A stretch of 64,000 nt of DNA, from positions 32,001 to 96,000 of the forward strand of contig JAYTOU010000091.1 in the NCBI GenBank assembly GCA_043747615.1. The letters run 5' to 3'. A program made the position numbers and the translations under genes. The number at the start of each line of letters is the position of its first letter. The first letter of the stretch is position 1. A model generated the notes under the pieces. It saw nothing but the letters and a program-made list of their open reading frames with translations. It was not told the DNA's origin and did not search any database. This document shows, piece by piece, positions 31,090-43,293 of the stretch. The DNA is from Myxococcales bacterium. GTDB taxonomy: Bacteria > Myxococcota_A > Polyangia > Polyangiales > Polyangiaceae.

Positions 31090-31743
31090 ATGGCGACGAC
31101 GAAAAAGAATGCGGTGCAAAAGGCGACAAAAACGCCTGCTGCAGGTGTCAACGGAGCTGGCAAAGCTTCCGCTGCCAAGGGGAAGGACGACAAGGGGGGC
31201 AAGCGCAAGCTGGGATTGCGCGGTGCAGCGCCGTGGGCCGCAAGGCACGCCGCGAAGCACGCCGCGGAGGCACGCGCCCGCGCGGCCGAGCCACCGCTTC
31301 CTGGAAGCGCCCGAGCGACGATTCGTACGCCTTCCGGGGCGGACGACATCAAGCAAAAGATCGGCGATCTTCACAACTCGCTTGTCCAAATCAAGTCGCT
31401 CAGGAAAAACCTGGCGAAGAGCTTCTACGATATCGGGCACATCCTCCGCGATATCCAGGCCAAGCGCCTGTACGAAGCCAAGGGCTACGGCACCTTCGAG
31501 GCGTTCCTCGAGCGCGAGATCGATCTCGGGAAGACCACCGCACTTCGCCTCGTGCGCGTGGTCGCGACCTTCCTGAAGGAAGCGGCCCAAGAGCACGGCA
31601 TGGAGCGTGTGATGAACGCTCTGTCGGCGCTCGAAGCCGTCGCCGACTCCACGCTGGAAACGACTGGCACCAAGGGGCCTGGCAAGGTCCCCCCGGCTCC
31701 CGTGTCGACCACGGCGTTACCGCTACGCCCGCCCGGTCGCTGA
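31090..31743 (+). CDS. Putative DNA-binding protein: Lys/Ala-rich tail plus DUF3102/PF49-like helical domain
   Basis: Basic N-terminus MATTKKNAVQKATK...; motif SFYDIGHILRDIQAKRLYEAKGYGTFEAFLEREIDLGKTTALRLV. Confidence 0.7.
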   Translation: MATTKKNAVQKATKTPAAGVNGAGKASAAKGKDDKGGKRKLGLRGAAPWAARHAAKHAAEARARAAEPPLPGSARATIRTPSGADDIKQKIGDLHNSLVQIKSLRKNLAKSFYDIGHILRDIQAKRLYEAKGYGTFEAFLEREIDLGKTTALRLVRVVATFLKEAAQEHGMERVMNALSALEAVADSTLETTGTKGPGKVPPAPVSTTALPLRPPGR

Positions 31744-31781
31744 CAATCCGTTGCTGGTAAGCCAACGGCGGGTCGCGGCGA

Positions 31782-33232
31782 CTAGCGGCCCGTCGGTATA
31801 GACACGCGCACGCGGGTACCAACGCCGCGTTCGCTCTCGATTTGCACGGTGCCGCCGTGCTGGTCGACGATTTTTCGCACGATGGAGAGCCCGAGCCCAG
31901 TGCCGGCCTCTTTCGTAGTGAAGAAGGGATCGAACACGTTCGCGATCAGCTCGGGCTCGATGCCCGCGCCGGTGTCGGTGATGTCGAGCGTCACTTCTGC
32001 GGCGCCCGAGACCTTCGCGGTCAGGGTACCTCCGTCCTTCATGGCCTCGATTGAATTGACGACCAGGTTGATGATGACCTGTTTAAGTTTCTCGCGGTCG
32101 CCGAGAGCGACGCAGCCGTCCGGAGCGATGTTGCGGACGATGGTGATTCCCCGCCCTTCCGCGGCATCGTGCTCGAGGTCGAGGACGTCGTCGACCAGCT
32201 TGCCGACGTGCACGGGCTCGTGGCTGATTCCGCGCGGCCGCGCCAGCTCGAGAAACTCCGTGAGCAGGCGATTCAAGCGGCCGATCTCGCTACCCACGAT
32301 CTCCGTCCGCCGATGCATGGCCGCACGCTTGTCGGCGTCGGCGGCGAGTTTGTCGATGTCGCGGCCAAGAAGATGGAGCTGGAGAACCGCGGCGTTGAGC
32401 GGGTTACGAATTTCATGCGCAAGATTGAGAGCGAGTGTGCCCATCGCGCTGAGAGCTTCGGCGTCGGCGGCGCGCTTTTCGAGGACCCGCCTTTCGGTAA
32501 TGTCGATGCCGATCGCGTAGACGAGATCCGGTGCCTCTTCTGCGTCGCGCGCGCTCGACAAGTGCCAGCGAATGCGGCGCGGAGGATCGCCGATGAACGC
32601 CGTCTCGACTTCGCGCGCCCGATCGCCGACACGTGACTGCATGAGGGCCTCGCGCATTCGGCCTCGATCGTCGGCGGGGATCCAGCTCTCGGTGAAATCG
32701 CGTCCGCGCGCGTCCTCGGAGGACACCCGGGTCATCGCCGCGGCCTTGCGATTGAAGAGCGCCACGCGGTCGAGGGGATCGAACGCGACCACCAAGACAT
32801 CGGTGAGTTCGACGAGGGCCCGGTAGCGTCGTTCCAGCTCTTCGCGCGCGCGCTTCAGGCGGACCTTCGTGGTGGCCTGCTCGACGATGGAGATGAGCTC
32901 CTCCGGACGAAACGATTTGAGCACGAAGGCAAATGCTCCGGAGCGAAGAGCGCCGATCGCTGCATCCACGCTCGCGAACCCGGTGATGAGGACGACCTCG
33001 CCGTGAGGTGAGATCTCGCGGAGCGGCTTGATGAGATCGATCCCGCTCGCGTCTGGAAGCTTCACGTCCACGATCGCCGCATCGAAGCCTTCGGCGATGG
33101 CGATCTTCAGGGCCTGATCTCCACGCGACGCGGTCACCACCTCGTACCCCTGAGGAGCGAGGACATCGCGCAGCGACCCCACCAGATCGGGATTGTCGTC
33201 GACGATGAGAACGCGTCCGAGGCTTGCGCTCC

Positions 33233-33236
<4 letters not shown>
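31782..33236 (-). CDS. Hybrid histidine kinase (REC-PAS-HisKA-HATPase)
   Basis: LIVDDN, VDVKLPD, PAS (FNRKAA...GIDITER), LAHEIRNPL, NSIEAM, DTGAGI, FFTTK, GTGLGL; ATGA overlap with gatB. Confidence 0.92.
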
Positions 33237-34708
<1,472 letters not shown>

Positions 34709-34771
34709 GACGCCCGGAAGTGTAGCTGAAATTGGGCCAAATCCGCGCCCCGTGGCACCCTCGATCTCTCC

Positions 34772-35113
34772 TTGTCTCAGCTCGTCAGCTTTTTTCAACG
34801 TGCGCTCCCGATTGCGATCCTGGCGGTCGCGCTCGTAGGGGCACCGCTCCTGATTTTCGAGCCTGCGGGGCTTCCGCGCATGCGAGCGCTCGACAAGGAG
34901 CTCACCGAGGTCAACGGCGCAAACGCCGAGCTGCGTCGAGACGTGACCCACCTCCGGGCCGAGGTAAAACAGCTCAGGGACGATCCGGCGGCTGTGGAGC
35001 GCATCGCGCGCGACCAGCTTGGGCTCGTGCGCAAGAGCGAAGTCGTCTTCCAATTTGGGACGAGCAAAGGCTCAGGCCTATCCTCCGCCCGGCGCGCCCA
35101 AGATCTGGACTAG
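34772..35113 (+). CDS. ftsB: Septum formation initiator FtsB/DivIC
   Basis: TM helix, coiled coil, AVERIARDQLGLVRKSEVVFQF. Confidence 0.85.
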   Translation: MSQLVSFFQRALPIAILAVALVGAPLLIFEPAGLPRMRALDKELTEVNGANAELRRDVTHLRAEVKQLRDDPAAVERIARDQLGLVRKSEVVFQFGTSKGSGLSSARRAQDLD

Positions 35114-35148
35114 GCGACGCGAAGGTCAGCTAGACTCGCGTTCGCCTC

Positions 35149-36429
35149 ATGGCCTTCGAGCTCGGACGTGCCCTCCTTCTCTCCGACGCAGTGACCTCGG
35201 GCGCGCTGGCGCGGGCGCTCTACGCCGTCGCCACGGAGGGGATCCCGCTGCCGCGAGCGCTCATCTCTCTCGGCGCCGTCGATCCCGAACGCCTCGAAGA
35301 GGAGCTGGCGCGCACCGACGTTCCGCTGGTTCGTCACGTGGTCCCCGTTGCCGAGCTATTCGAGGCCCTCCCGGAGGGCCTGTGCAGCCGGCTCCTCGCC
35401 TTGCCGATTCGCCGCGACGCCCTCACGGGGACCATCGACGTCGCGGTAGTCGATCCCCGCGACCCTCACGCCGCTCGAGAAATTGCCTACATTCTGAAGG
35501 CGCCAGTACGCATCGTTCGCGCCCCGCTCGCCGCCCTCGAGGCCGCGCTCGAACGGATGGTCGGCGGGCCCCCGAAGGCGAGGGCCCTGGCGCCGCCGAT
35601 GTGGATGCCAAGCCAACAAGCGACGAGGCCCACTCCGATTTGGGGGACGCCCGCAGCCCAGTCAGAGGAGCGCGCAAAACAACGCCCGAACACTGCGCTC
35701 ACCCCGCGCCGTCCCACCGACAAGCCGCCCGCTCATCCCCCTTCCGACATTCCGATCCCGCTCGTGCGCAAGAGCGTGGTCGAGGCCGCTCCGGTCGGCG
35801 AGACGCACGACGACCTCGATGTCGATCTTCTCCCGGTGAATACCTCTCCGTACGGATTCGCGGTGCTCGAGACCGACACCGATCCGGACAGCGAGAGACC
35901 GCTCTCGCTTCAGGTCCCACACACCGTGCGGGAGCCCTACGCGCCGCACGCACCGAGCCTTCCGTTCGGGGATCCGTCCGCTATTCTTGCGTCCATCCGA
36001 ACGAGCACGAAGCGTGATGAGATCCTCGTTCACCTCCTCGCGGGGGTGCGCATGGTGGGGCGGAAGGTGGCCCTCTTGGTCGTGAAAAAGAACGCCTTCG
36101 TTGGCTGGGCGTGCACGCAGGAGTTCGGCGACGAAGCGCAGCTCAAGGCCGTGCAAATTCCCTCGTCCGAGCCAAGCGCGCTCGCGACCGTGACCGCGGG
36201 CGGCACGTACCTCGGACCGCTTCATCGAACGGCCACGCACTCCCCTCTTCTGTCGGTGATGGGCGCCACCACCCGCGACGTGGCTATTTCAGCGGTCCGC
36301 GTGAAGGGTCGGGCCGCGGTGCTGATCATCGCCGACGAGCTCGGGGACACTCTACTCGCCACCCAACGTATCGAGGAGCTCGCGCGGGCGGCCGGCGATG
36401 CCCTCGCGCGCGTGGTTCTAAGGCGCTAG
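35149..36429 (+). CDS. Protein with degenerate MshEN/GSPII_N domain, Pro-rich linker and GAF-like C-terminus
   Basis: ELGRALL...[25 protein letters not shown]...VAVVDPRD...EIAYIL; no Walker A motif. Confidence 0.7.
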   Translation: MAFELGRALLLSDAVTSGALARALYAVATEGIPLPRALISLGAVDPERLEEELARTDVPLVRHVVPVAELFEALPEGLCSRLLALPIRRDALTGTIDVAVVDPRDPHAAREIAYILKAPVRIVRAPLAALEAALERMVGGPPKARALAPPMWMPSQQATRPTPIWGTPAAQSEERAKQRPNTALTPRRPTDKPPAHPPSDIPIPLVRKSVVEAAPVGETHDDLDVDLLPVNTSPYGFAVLETDTDPDSERPLSLQVPHTVREPYAPHAPSLPFGDPSAILASIRTSTKRDEILVHLLAGVRMVGRKVALLVVKKNAFVGWACTQEFGDEAQLKAVQIPSSEPSALATVTAGGTYLGPLHRTATHSPLLSVMGATTRDVAISAVRVKGRAAVLIIADELGDTLLATQRIEELARAAGDALARVVLRR

Positions 36430-36440
36430 ATCAGGAACGA

Positions 36441-38105
36441 ATGCCTACGTACAAATCACTCCGTGAAGAGTGGCTGAAATCGACCCTCTCGCCGCTCGAA
36501 GCCAAGGATCCTCCGCGTGTGCGCGCTCTCCTCCTCGCAGGGCAAACGGATGCCGCACCGCTCTACGGCCCGGACGATCTCGAGCGCGACGGGTTCGATC
36601 CGGTGCGCGATCTCGGGTTTCCTGGACGCCCGCCGTTCACGCGCGGAATCCAGGCGAACATGTACCGAGGTCGCCCGTGGACGATGCGTCAGTACGCCGG
36701 TTTCGGCACCGCCGCCGAGTCCAACGAGCGCTACCGCTATCTCCTCGCGCAAGGCCAGACGGGGCTCTCCGTCGCCTTCGACTTGCCGACCCAGATGGGG
36801 CGTGACTCGGACGATCCGCGCGCGATGGGAGAGGTCGGACGGGTAGGCGTGGCCATCGACTCGATCGATGACATGCGCGCGCTTCTCAGAGATTTACCGC
36901 TGGATCGCATCTCGACCTCGATGACCATCAACGCGACGGCCGCGATCCTCCTCTGCCTCTACATCGCGGTGGCCGAAGAGAACGGCGTCTCGCGCGACAA
37001 GATCCGCGGCACCATCCAGAACGACATTCTCAAGGAGTACATGGCCCGCGGGACGTACATCTATCCGCCCCGCCCTTCCATCCGTCTCATCAACGACATT
37101 TTTGCGTTCGCCGCGCGCGAAGTACCGAAGTGGAACACGATCTCCATCAGCGGCTACCACATTCGTGAGGCAGGCTGCGACGCGGTGCAAGAGGTCGCGT
37201 TCACGTTGGCCGACGGCATTGCGTACACCGAGTCGGCGATGGCGGCCGGGCTGGACGTCGACTCGTTCGGCTCGCAGCTTTCGTTCTTCTTCAACGTGCA
37301 CAACAACCTCATCGAGGAGGTAGCAAAGTTCCGCGCCGCGCGCCGGATGTGGTCGAAAATCATGGAGGCCCGCTTTGGCGCAAAGACCGAGCGCGCCCGC
37401 GCCCTGCGCTTCCACTGTCAAACCGCGGGAATGACGCTCACCGCGCAGCAACCGCTCATCAACATCGCGCGGGTCACGGTGCAGACGCTCGCCGCGGTCC
37501 TTGGCGGCTGCCAGTCGCTCCACACCAACAGCTTCGACGAAGCGCTCGGGTTGCCCACGAGCGAAGCGGCCACCATCGCCCTTCGCACTCAGCAGATCGT
37601 AGCCCACGAATCGGGCGTTGCCGATTTCGTCGATGCCCTCGGCGGAAGCTACGCCATCGAAACCCTCACGACCGAGATCGAGAAAAAAGCGAACGCCTAC
37701 ATCGCGCGGATCGACGAGCTCGGCGGGATGGTGAACGCCATCGAGCAGGGTTACCCCCAGCGCGAGATCCAAAATACCGCCTACGCGTATCAACTCGAAA
37801 TCGAGTCAAGAAAACGCCTCATCGTGGGACAGAACACCTTCGTTCAAGACTCGGCTCCCGTCCCGGTGATGAAGATCGATCCGAACATCGAGGCCGCCCA
37901 GGTCGAGCGCTTGCAGAAAGTACGCGCCACGCGGGATGCAAAGAAATGCGCGGCCGCTCTCACGCGCATCGACGCCGCGGCCCGCTGCGAGCAGAACCTC
38001 GTCCCGGAAATCCTCGAAGCGGTGAAGGCTTCCGCGACCGTGGGTGAGATCTCGAACGTGCTGCGCGCCGTGTGGGGCGAGCACGTCGAGACCCTGGTGA
38101 TCTAG
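36441..38105 (+). CDS. Methylmalonyl-CoA mutase, substrate-binding large subunit (no B12-binding domain)
   Basis: Start ATG 36441; [49 protein letters not shown]; lacks DxHxxG domain. Confidence 0.9.
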   Translation: MPTYKSLREEWLKSTLSPLEAKDPPRVRALLLAGQTDAAPLYGPDDLERDGFDPVRDLGFPGRPPFTRGIQANMYRGRPWTMRQYAGFGTAAESNERYRYLLAQGQTGLSVAFDLPTQMGRDSDDPRAMGEVGRVGVAIDSIDDMRALLRDLPLDRISTSMTINATAAILLCLYIAVAEENGVSRDKIRGTIQNDILKEYMARGTYIYPPRPSIRLINDIFAFAAREVPKWNTISISGYHIREAGCDAVQEVAFTLADGIAYTESAMAAGLDVDSFGSQLSFFFNVHNNLIEEVAKFRAARRMWSKIMEARFGAKTERARALRFHCQTAGMTLTAQQPLINIARVTVQTLAAVLGGCQSLHTNSFDEALGLPTSEAATIALRTQQIVAHESGVADFVDALGGSYAIETLTTEIEKKANAYIARIDELGGMVNAIEQGYPQREIQNTAYAYQLEIESRKRLIVGQNTFVQDSAPVPVMKIDPNIEAAQVERLQKVRATRDAKKCAAALTRIDAAARCEQNLVPEILEAVKASATVGEISNVLRAVWGEHVETLVI

Positions 38106-38283
38106 CGCCGCGCGGACGACGCGATTCGATCGCGTTGACGATCGCTCGAACCACCGACTGCGGACCGACCGACCTCTTCTCGAGCTGCACGCGCATCGCC
38201 TCCGCCCGAGCGAGCACCGACGAATACGGCGAATCGGTCGCCTGGTATTTTCCCGCCCACTCCATCGCGCAGTCGTTGAACTC
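38106..38283 (-). pseudogene. Remnant of the C-terminal part of a short-chain dehydrogenase gene
   Basis: Frame reads EFNDCAMEWAGKYQATDSPYSSVLARAE...VGPQSVVRAIVNAIESRRPR, like SDR C-termini; Rossmann fold and YxxxK absent; RBS-like GGAG sits directly upstream. Confidence 0.55.
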
Positions 38284-38296
38284 TTACTCCCTAAAA

Positions 38297-38314
38297 AGAA
38301 TGAATGTTCATTCT
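38297..38314. promoter_or_regulatory. Palindromic TetR-type operator 1 overlapping a putative sigma70 promoter
   Basis: Perfect inverted repeat AGAATGAA-TG-TTCATTCT; minus-strand TTGAGC-N17-CATTCT overlaps it. Confidence 0.7.
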
Positions 38315-38350
38315 GTATTGCTCAAAAAAAAAAGAGCGAGCGCGAAGCGC

Positions 38351-38984
38351 TTAGCGTCGAATCGCCTCCCAGCAGCAACGCTCGGCTTGGTCCAACACCT
38401 TTGCGGTCAGCTCGAGGTGTCCCGCCCAGCTCGCCTTTACCAAGCCGACGAAAGAGCCCCAAACAACGGCCATCAAGAGGTCGGAGGGGAACGGCTTCAT
38501 CACCTGATTTCGCCGCGCCAGCTCGAAGAAAGCATGGGCGGGGGTGAGAACACGGAGCTCGATCTGGCGGCTCTCCGCGTCGAGGTAGTCCTGGTGGTGG
38601 TGGAGCTCGAGGAATCGGAGAGCCTGGGGGTGACTCTTGGCGAATGCCGCAGCGCGCTTCCAGAAGGAGTGGAACTGCTCGCGGGCTGGCGCATCGAAGG
38701 GAAAGCCGCGCATCAGCGCCTGGCCGAGGCTTGCCTTTTGGAGCCTGAAGAGCGCGTTGACCAGCTCCTCCTTGCTCGCAAAATAGCGGTAAATCGTGCC
38801 TGCTCCGACCTTTGCCCGTTCGGCGACGAGCGGTACCGCCGTCCCGTGAAATCCGCGCTCCGCGAAGAGATCCAGCGCGGCGGCGAGGATCGCCTCGCGC
38901 TTGTCCGCGATTTTTTGGACCTGCTCTTGGCGCGGTGCCGGAGACTTACTGTACGGGATCGGGGGGGGGCGTCGGCCGCGACAT
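38351..38984 (-). pseudogene. TetR/AcrR family regulator, frameshifted near its 5' end at a C9 tract
   Basis: Frame upstream of 38713 encodes DKREAILAAALDLFAERGFHGTAVPLVAERAKVGAGTIYRYFASKEELV but has no ATG/GTG/TTG; ATG at 38984 is one base out of frame and stops after 12 codons. Confidence 0.8.
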
Positions 38985-39002
38985 GGACTGAACGTTCATT
39001 CT
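38985..39002. promoter_or_regulatory. TetR-type operator 2 (autoregulatory) directly upstream of the TetR ATG
   Basis: GGACTGAA-CG-TTCATTCT, near copy of operator 1, both followed by GTA; minus-strand TTGACC-N17-TACAGA overlaps it. Confidence 0.65.
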
Positions 39003-39077
39003 GTAATGCGCGCGACCACGCGGGTCAAGGAGCAGCCGGCGGCTCCCGGTCGACTTCGGTGATCCGTCTCCCCCGTC

Positions 39078-39602
39078 TTACTGACTCGAAGTCGATTCCT
39101 GCAGCGGCCCCAGAACGCACGCAAATTTCCCGGTGTTCTCGTCGCAGGCTACGGTCACCGCGAAGCGCATCTCCACGCCGTCCCCGTCTAGATCCGCCAC
39201 TGCCCGCACCACGCCCCCGCTGGGGGAAAGGCGCTCCCACTGGTACTGAAAGTACTGCGGGCCGACGATTGCGAACTTCGCGCATGCGAACGCCGGATCG
39301 CTCCAATCGGTCAGCACGCTCTCATAAGCATGGCCCGCGACGTGATCCACCGTTGCCGGCACCGGCTTGGACGTCGGGGGGAGCGCGCGGTCGGAGCAGG
39401 CCAGGAGCCCCCGCGCGAAGTTGACGGTTTGGATCCGTCCCTCCGCCATCTTCGACGAGCGCACGTAGCGGGCGCGCCCGAAGACCGTGAATCCCGTCGT
39501 AATCGCAACGATGACCACCAGCATCACGACGCCGCCCACGATCACCAGGCGCTTGCCGGGAATGGTGGTCCTCGGAGAAAGACTACTGCTCGACGCGGAC
39601 AT
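39078..39602 (-). CDS. Pilin-like membrane protein lacking a class III signal peptide
   Basis: TM helix then RYVRSSKMAEG, FACAKF...QYFQYQW and AVADLDGDG, as in deltaproteobacterial type IV pilin heads; start at 39602 or 39638. Confidence 0.6.
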   Translation of the reverse strand: MSASSSSLSPRTTIPGKRLVIVGGVVMLVVIVAITTGFTVFGRARYVRSSKMAEGRIQTVNFARGLLACSDRALPPTSKPVPATVDHVAGHAYESVLTDWSDPAFACAKFAIVGPQYFQYQWERLSPSGGVVRAVADLDGDGVEMRFAVTVACDENTGKFACVLGPLQESTSSQ

Positions 39603-39667
39603 GACGGGGAGCGTTACTGCAAGCGATCGCCCCGTCAAGACGCGCGATCCTCTAAGCTCAGCCCTCC

Positions 39668-40138
39668 TTGGACCCGCGCGCGCAATCCGATTCGCTCACC
39701 GAGATGACCGAGTACGTCCTCCCTCAGCACGCCAATGCCCTGGGCAACGTGTTCGGAGGGCAGATCATGGCCTGGGTCGATCTCTGCGCGGCGATCTGTG
39801 CGCAGCGGCACAGCGGCCGCACCGCCGTCACCGCGTTCGTCGACGATCTGCAATTTCAGGCTCCGGTGAAGGTCGGGGAGGTCGTCCGGCTTCGCGCGAA
39901 AATCACGGCGACGTTCCGTACCTCCATGGAGATCGAGGTGGTCGTCGAGGGCGAGGATTCCCGCACGCGCCGCCAGTGGCCCTGCGTCGACGCGCGCATC
40001 GTCTTCGTAGCCATCGACGCGGACAGCGCCCCGACGCCCGTTCCGAGCCTCCTTCTCGACACGGACACCGTGAGGCGCTCCCAGGTAGCCGGCGAAGAGC
40101 GCCGCCGCGTAAGGCTCGAACGAAGCGGGCGCGTGTGA
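39668..40138 (+). CDS. Acyl-CoA thioesterase (HotDog fold, YciA-like)
   Basis: VLPQHANALGNVFGGQIMAWVD, FRTSMEIEV, FVAIDA. Confidence 0.92.
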   Translation: MDPRAQSDSLTEMTEYVLPQHANALGNVFGGQIMAWVDLCAAICAQRHSGRTAVTAFVDDLQFQAPVKVGEVVRLRAKITATFRTSMEIEVVVEGEDSRTRRQWPCVDARIVFVAIDADSAPTPVPSLLLDTDTVRRSQVAGEERRRVRLERSGRV

Positions 40139-40150
40139 TAGTCGGGGTGC

Positions 40151-41449
40151 ATGCCCACGGTATCCATCGCCACGCTCGCCACGCACGTCGGACAAGACGT
40201 CACTCTCCAAGGCTGGCTCTACAACAAGCGGTCGAGCGGTAAGCTCCACTTCCTCGAAATCCGAGATGGCAGCGGCATCTGCCAGTGCGTCGTCTTCAAG
40301 GGCAACGTGAGCCCCGAGCTCTTCACGATGGCCGATCACATCCCGCAAGAGTCGAGTGTGGAGGTGACAGGCACGGTGAAAGAGCACGGTAAGATCAAGG
40401 GCACCTACGAGCTCGACGCCAAGGATGTGCGCGTCATCAGCAAGGTCGCGCGGGAGTACCCCATCACCCCCAAAGAGCACGGCACCGACTTCTTGATGGA
40501 CCACCGGCACCTGTGGCTCCGCTCGAAGCGGCAACACGCCATCTTGCGCATCCGCCACACCATCATCAAAGCGGTGCGCGATTTCTTCGACGGGCGCGAG
40601 TTCACGCTCATCGATGCGCCGGTGTTCACGCCGAACGCGTGCGAGGGAACGTCGAACCTTTTTCAGACCGATTATCACGGCGAGCCCGCGTACCTCACGC
40701 AGTCCGGGCAGCTCTACATGGAGGCGGGGGCCGCGGCGTTCGGGAAGGTGTACTGCTTCGGGCCCACGTTCCGAGCCGAGAAATCGAAGACCCGCCGGCA
40801 CCTCGCGGAGTTCTGGATGGTGGAGCCCGAGGTGGCGTTCATGGACCTCGACGGGGACATGGTCCTCGCCGAAGAGCTCCTGGCCTACGTCGTCGGGCGT
40901 GCCCTCGAGGGTCGGAAAGAGGAGCTCAAGGTCTGCGAGCGCGACACGGCCTTCCTCGAGAAGGTGAAGGCCCCCTTCCCTCGCATTACGTACGCCGAGG
41001 CCATCAAGCTGCTCCAGGAAAACGGGCATCCGGAAGCCAAGATCGGAGATGACTTTGGCGGCGACGAAGAGACCGTCATCTCGTCGAAGTTCGACCGGCC
41101 GGTCATCGTCCACCGCTACCCCAAGGATCTGAAAGCCTTCTATTTCGCGCACGACAAGGCCGATCCGAGCCTTGCACTATGCATGGATGTGCTCGCTCCG
41201 GAGGGCTACGGCGAGATCATCGGTGGCGGTCAGCGCGAAGACGATCTTGCGCGCCTCGAAGCGGCGATCGATCATCACAACCTCCCGCGGGACGCGTTCG
41301 AGTGGTACCTCGATTTGCGTCGCTATGGCAGCTTCCCGCACGCCGGCTTCGGTCTCGGGATCGAGCGCACCGTCGCGTGGATCTGCGGCCTGCCGCACGT
41401 GAGGGAGACCATTCCCTTCCCGCGCATGTTGAACCGCTTAGCGCCCTAG
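40151..41449 (+). CDS. asnS: Asparagine--tRNA ligase
   Basis: OB domain; [40 protein letters not shown]. Confidence 0.95.
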   Translation: MPTVSIATLATHVGQDVTLQGWLYNKRSSGKLHFLEIRDGSGICQCVVFKGNVSPELFTMADHIPQESSVEVTGTVKEHGKIKGTYELDAKDVRVISKVAREYPITPKEHGTDFLMDHRHLWLRSKRQHAILRIRHTIIKAVRDFFDGREFTLIDAPVFTPNACEGTSNLFQTDYHGEPAYLTQSGQLYMEAGAAAFGKVYCFGPTFRAEKSKTRRHLAEFWMVEPEVAFMDLDGDMVLAEELLAYVVGRALEGRKEELKVCERDTAFLEKVKAPFPRITYAEAIKLLQENGHPEAKIGDDFGGDEETVISSKFDRPVIVHRYPKDLKAFYFAHDKADPSLALCMDVLAPEGYGEIIGGGQREDDLARLEAAIDHHNLPRDAFEWYLDLRRYGSFPHAGFGLGIERTVAWICGLPHVRETIPFPRMLNRLAP

Positions 41450-42979
41450 AAGGGGATCGTAGATCTCGTCGACGTAAGCCTGGGCGGAGCGCTTCCAGGA
41501 AGAGTCGCGAGCCATCGCTCGCCCGACGAGCTTCGCGTGGGCGTCCGCGTCGCGGTAGACGTTGAGCGCGTCCTCGAGGGCGACGAGGAGCGCGGTGGAG
41601 TCGACCGCGGCCGAGACGAAACCCGTGCCTCGGTCGTGCAAGCCGTTGAAAGGCAGGACGGTGTCGTGGAGCCCGCCCACGTTGGTCACCACCGGGATCG
41701 AGCCATAGCGCATGGCGTAGAGCTGGGTGAGCCCGCACGGTTCGTAGCGCGAAGGGACGACGAAGAAATCCGAGCCCGCGTAGACGCGGCGTGCGAGGTT
41801 TTCGTCGAACGCGATCCGCGCCGAAACCCTTCCAGGGAAGCGGTTTTGTGCATCGCGAAGGGCACGCTCGAGACGTGCCTCTCCGGTGCCGACCAGGAGC
41901 ACACGAGCCCCACGCGCCACGAGCGCAGGGACGGTATCCAGAAAAATCTCGATGCCTTTTTGCGCGGTGAGCCGCGAGACGCTCGCGACGAGCGGCGCGT
42001 CCGGATCCTTGAGCCCCGAGTCTGCGAAGAGCGCTTCTTTGCAGGCACGCTTTCCAGCAGCGGCGTCCTCGGTTCCGTACCGCCTGACGAGCGTTCCATC
42101 GGAGGCAGGGCCGAAATGATCGGCGTCGATTCCGTTGACGATCCCGCGAAGCTTGCGGTGATGCGCGCGCAAAAAAGGATCGAGACCGAAGCCGTTCTCG
42201 GGCCGCAAGATCTCGCGTGCGTAGGTGGGGCTCACGGTGGTGACCCGATTGGAAAGTGCGATCGCCCCCTTGAGAAGATTCACCGCCCCACCGTGCTCGA
42301 GGCAGCCGGCGTTGAAAGCATCGCGGGGAATAGCCAGGCGATCGAGCGCTTCGGGGCCGAGCATGCCTTGGTAGGCGAGGTTGTGGATGGTGAAGACGCT
42401 CGGCACTCTTCGCCAGGCCTCGCCCATCGTGAGCCTGGCGGTGATCACCGCGAGCGCCGCGTGCCAGTCGTGCGCATGGATCACGAAGCTCGGAGGCTGG
42501 TCGTCGTCGACGCCCCATAACCGCTGTGCGAGGGCGAGCGCGCCACGACAGAGCGTTGCGTAGCGGAGCTCGTTGTCTCCGAAGGTCCCGGCGAAGTCTC
42601 CGTAAATGCCCTGACGCCCGAAGAGCTCTCCATGCTCAAGCAAGCAAACCCGCACCGCAGGATTGCCGACCGTGGCCTCGATCACCCCGAGCTCGCGAAC
42701 GTCGTCTCTGCCCCATCCGGTTCTGGCGTGGAGGGTGTCCGTCCACCGCACGGCTCCGTTCGGTACATGGGTGACGCCATAGAGCGGAGTAGCGATCACC
42801 GTCTCCACCCCGATGGCGGCGAGCGCCCTCGAGAGGCCGAGCACCACATCTCCGAGGCCTCCCGTCCGCGCAAACGACTCGACCTCGGCGGAGACCATCA
42901 AGACGCGCAGCGGACGATCCACAGCCTCACCTATCATAACGCCCCGGCCTCCCGTTACTCCCGCGACACGCTCGGCCAT
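41438..42979 (-). CDS. glgA: Glycogen synthase (GT5); start may be at 42937
   Basis: [62 protein letters not shown]. Confidence 0.93.
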   Translation of the reverse strand: MAERVAGVTGGRGVMIGEAVDRPLRVLMVSAEVESFARTGGLGDVVLGLSRALAAIGVETVIATPLYGVTHVPNGAVRWTDTLHARTGWGRDDVRELGVIEATVGNPAVRVCLLEHGELFGRQGIYGDFAGTFGDNELRYATLCRGALALAQRLWGVDDDQPPSFVIHAHDWHAALAVITARLTMGEAWRRVPSVFTIHNLAYQGMLGPEALDRLAIPRDAFNAGCLEHGGAVNLLKGAIALSNRVTTVSPTYAREILRPENGFGLDPFLRAHHRKLRGIVNGIDADHFGPASDGTLVRRYGTEDAAAGKRACKEALFADSGLKDPDAPLVASVSRLTAQKGIEIFLDTVPALVARGARVLLVGTGEARLERALRDAQNRFPGRVSARIAFDENLARRVYAGSDFFVVPSRYEPCGLTQLYAMRYGSIPVVTNVGGLHDTVLPFNGLHDRGTGFVSAAVDSTALLVALEDALNVYRDADAHAKLVGRAMARDSSWKRSAQAYVDEIYDPLLGR

Positions 42980-43018
42980 GCACCGCGCAAGAGGAGCAGG
43001 ATTCTAGGGAGATCCTGC

Positions 43019-43035
43019 CTGGCGCGAGGATTGCT
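43019..43035 (+). promoter_or_regulatory. Putative sigma54 (-24/-12) promoter
   Basis: CTGGCGCGAGGATTGCT: one mismatch to YTGGCACG-N4-TTGCW, exact GG-N10-GC spacing. Confidence 0.55.
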
Positions 43036-43293
43036 CCGTCTCGCTTCAGCATAGCTCGCGGGTAGGTAAACTCGCACCGTCACGCACACTATTGCGCGTC
43101 AGCCAGCGCACGTCTGACATGCGCCTACTGTCAAGGCGCGCACGGCACGCGCTGCCCCCGCCCCGTTCTTTGCGGTAGCTTGGGAATTATCCCACCACGT
43201 GGTCGCGAAATTCCGGACTGCTTCTTGCGTTAGGGCGCGCGCCGGCATCAACGGCTCGTGAAGTGGTTTCTTGCTCCGGAAGTGGACCCCCCA

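Noticed and set aside
34709..35053. Long N-terminal extensions in the ORF track (gatB from 35053, hemY from 61074, M48 from 26522, yhbY from 16641, mutase from 36111, SDR from 49577)
   Set aside because: They overlap neighbouring real genes; downstream ATGs with RBS or stop-start overlaps match the family N-termini, so they are not fusions
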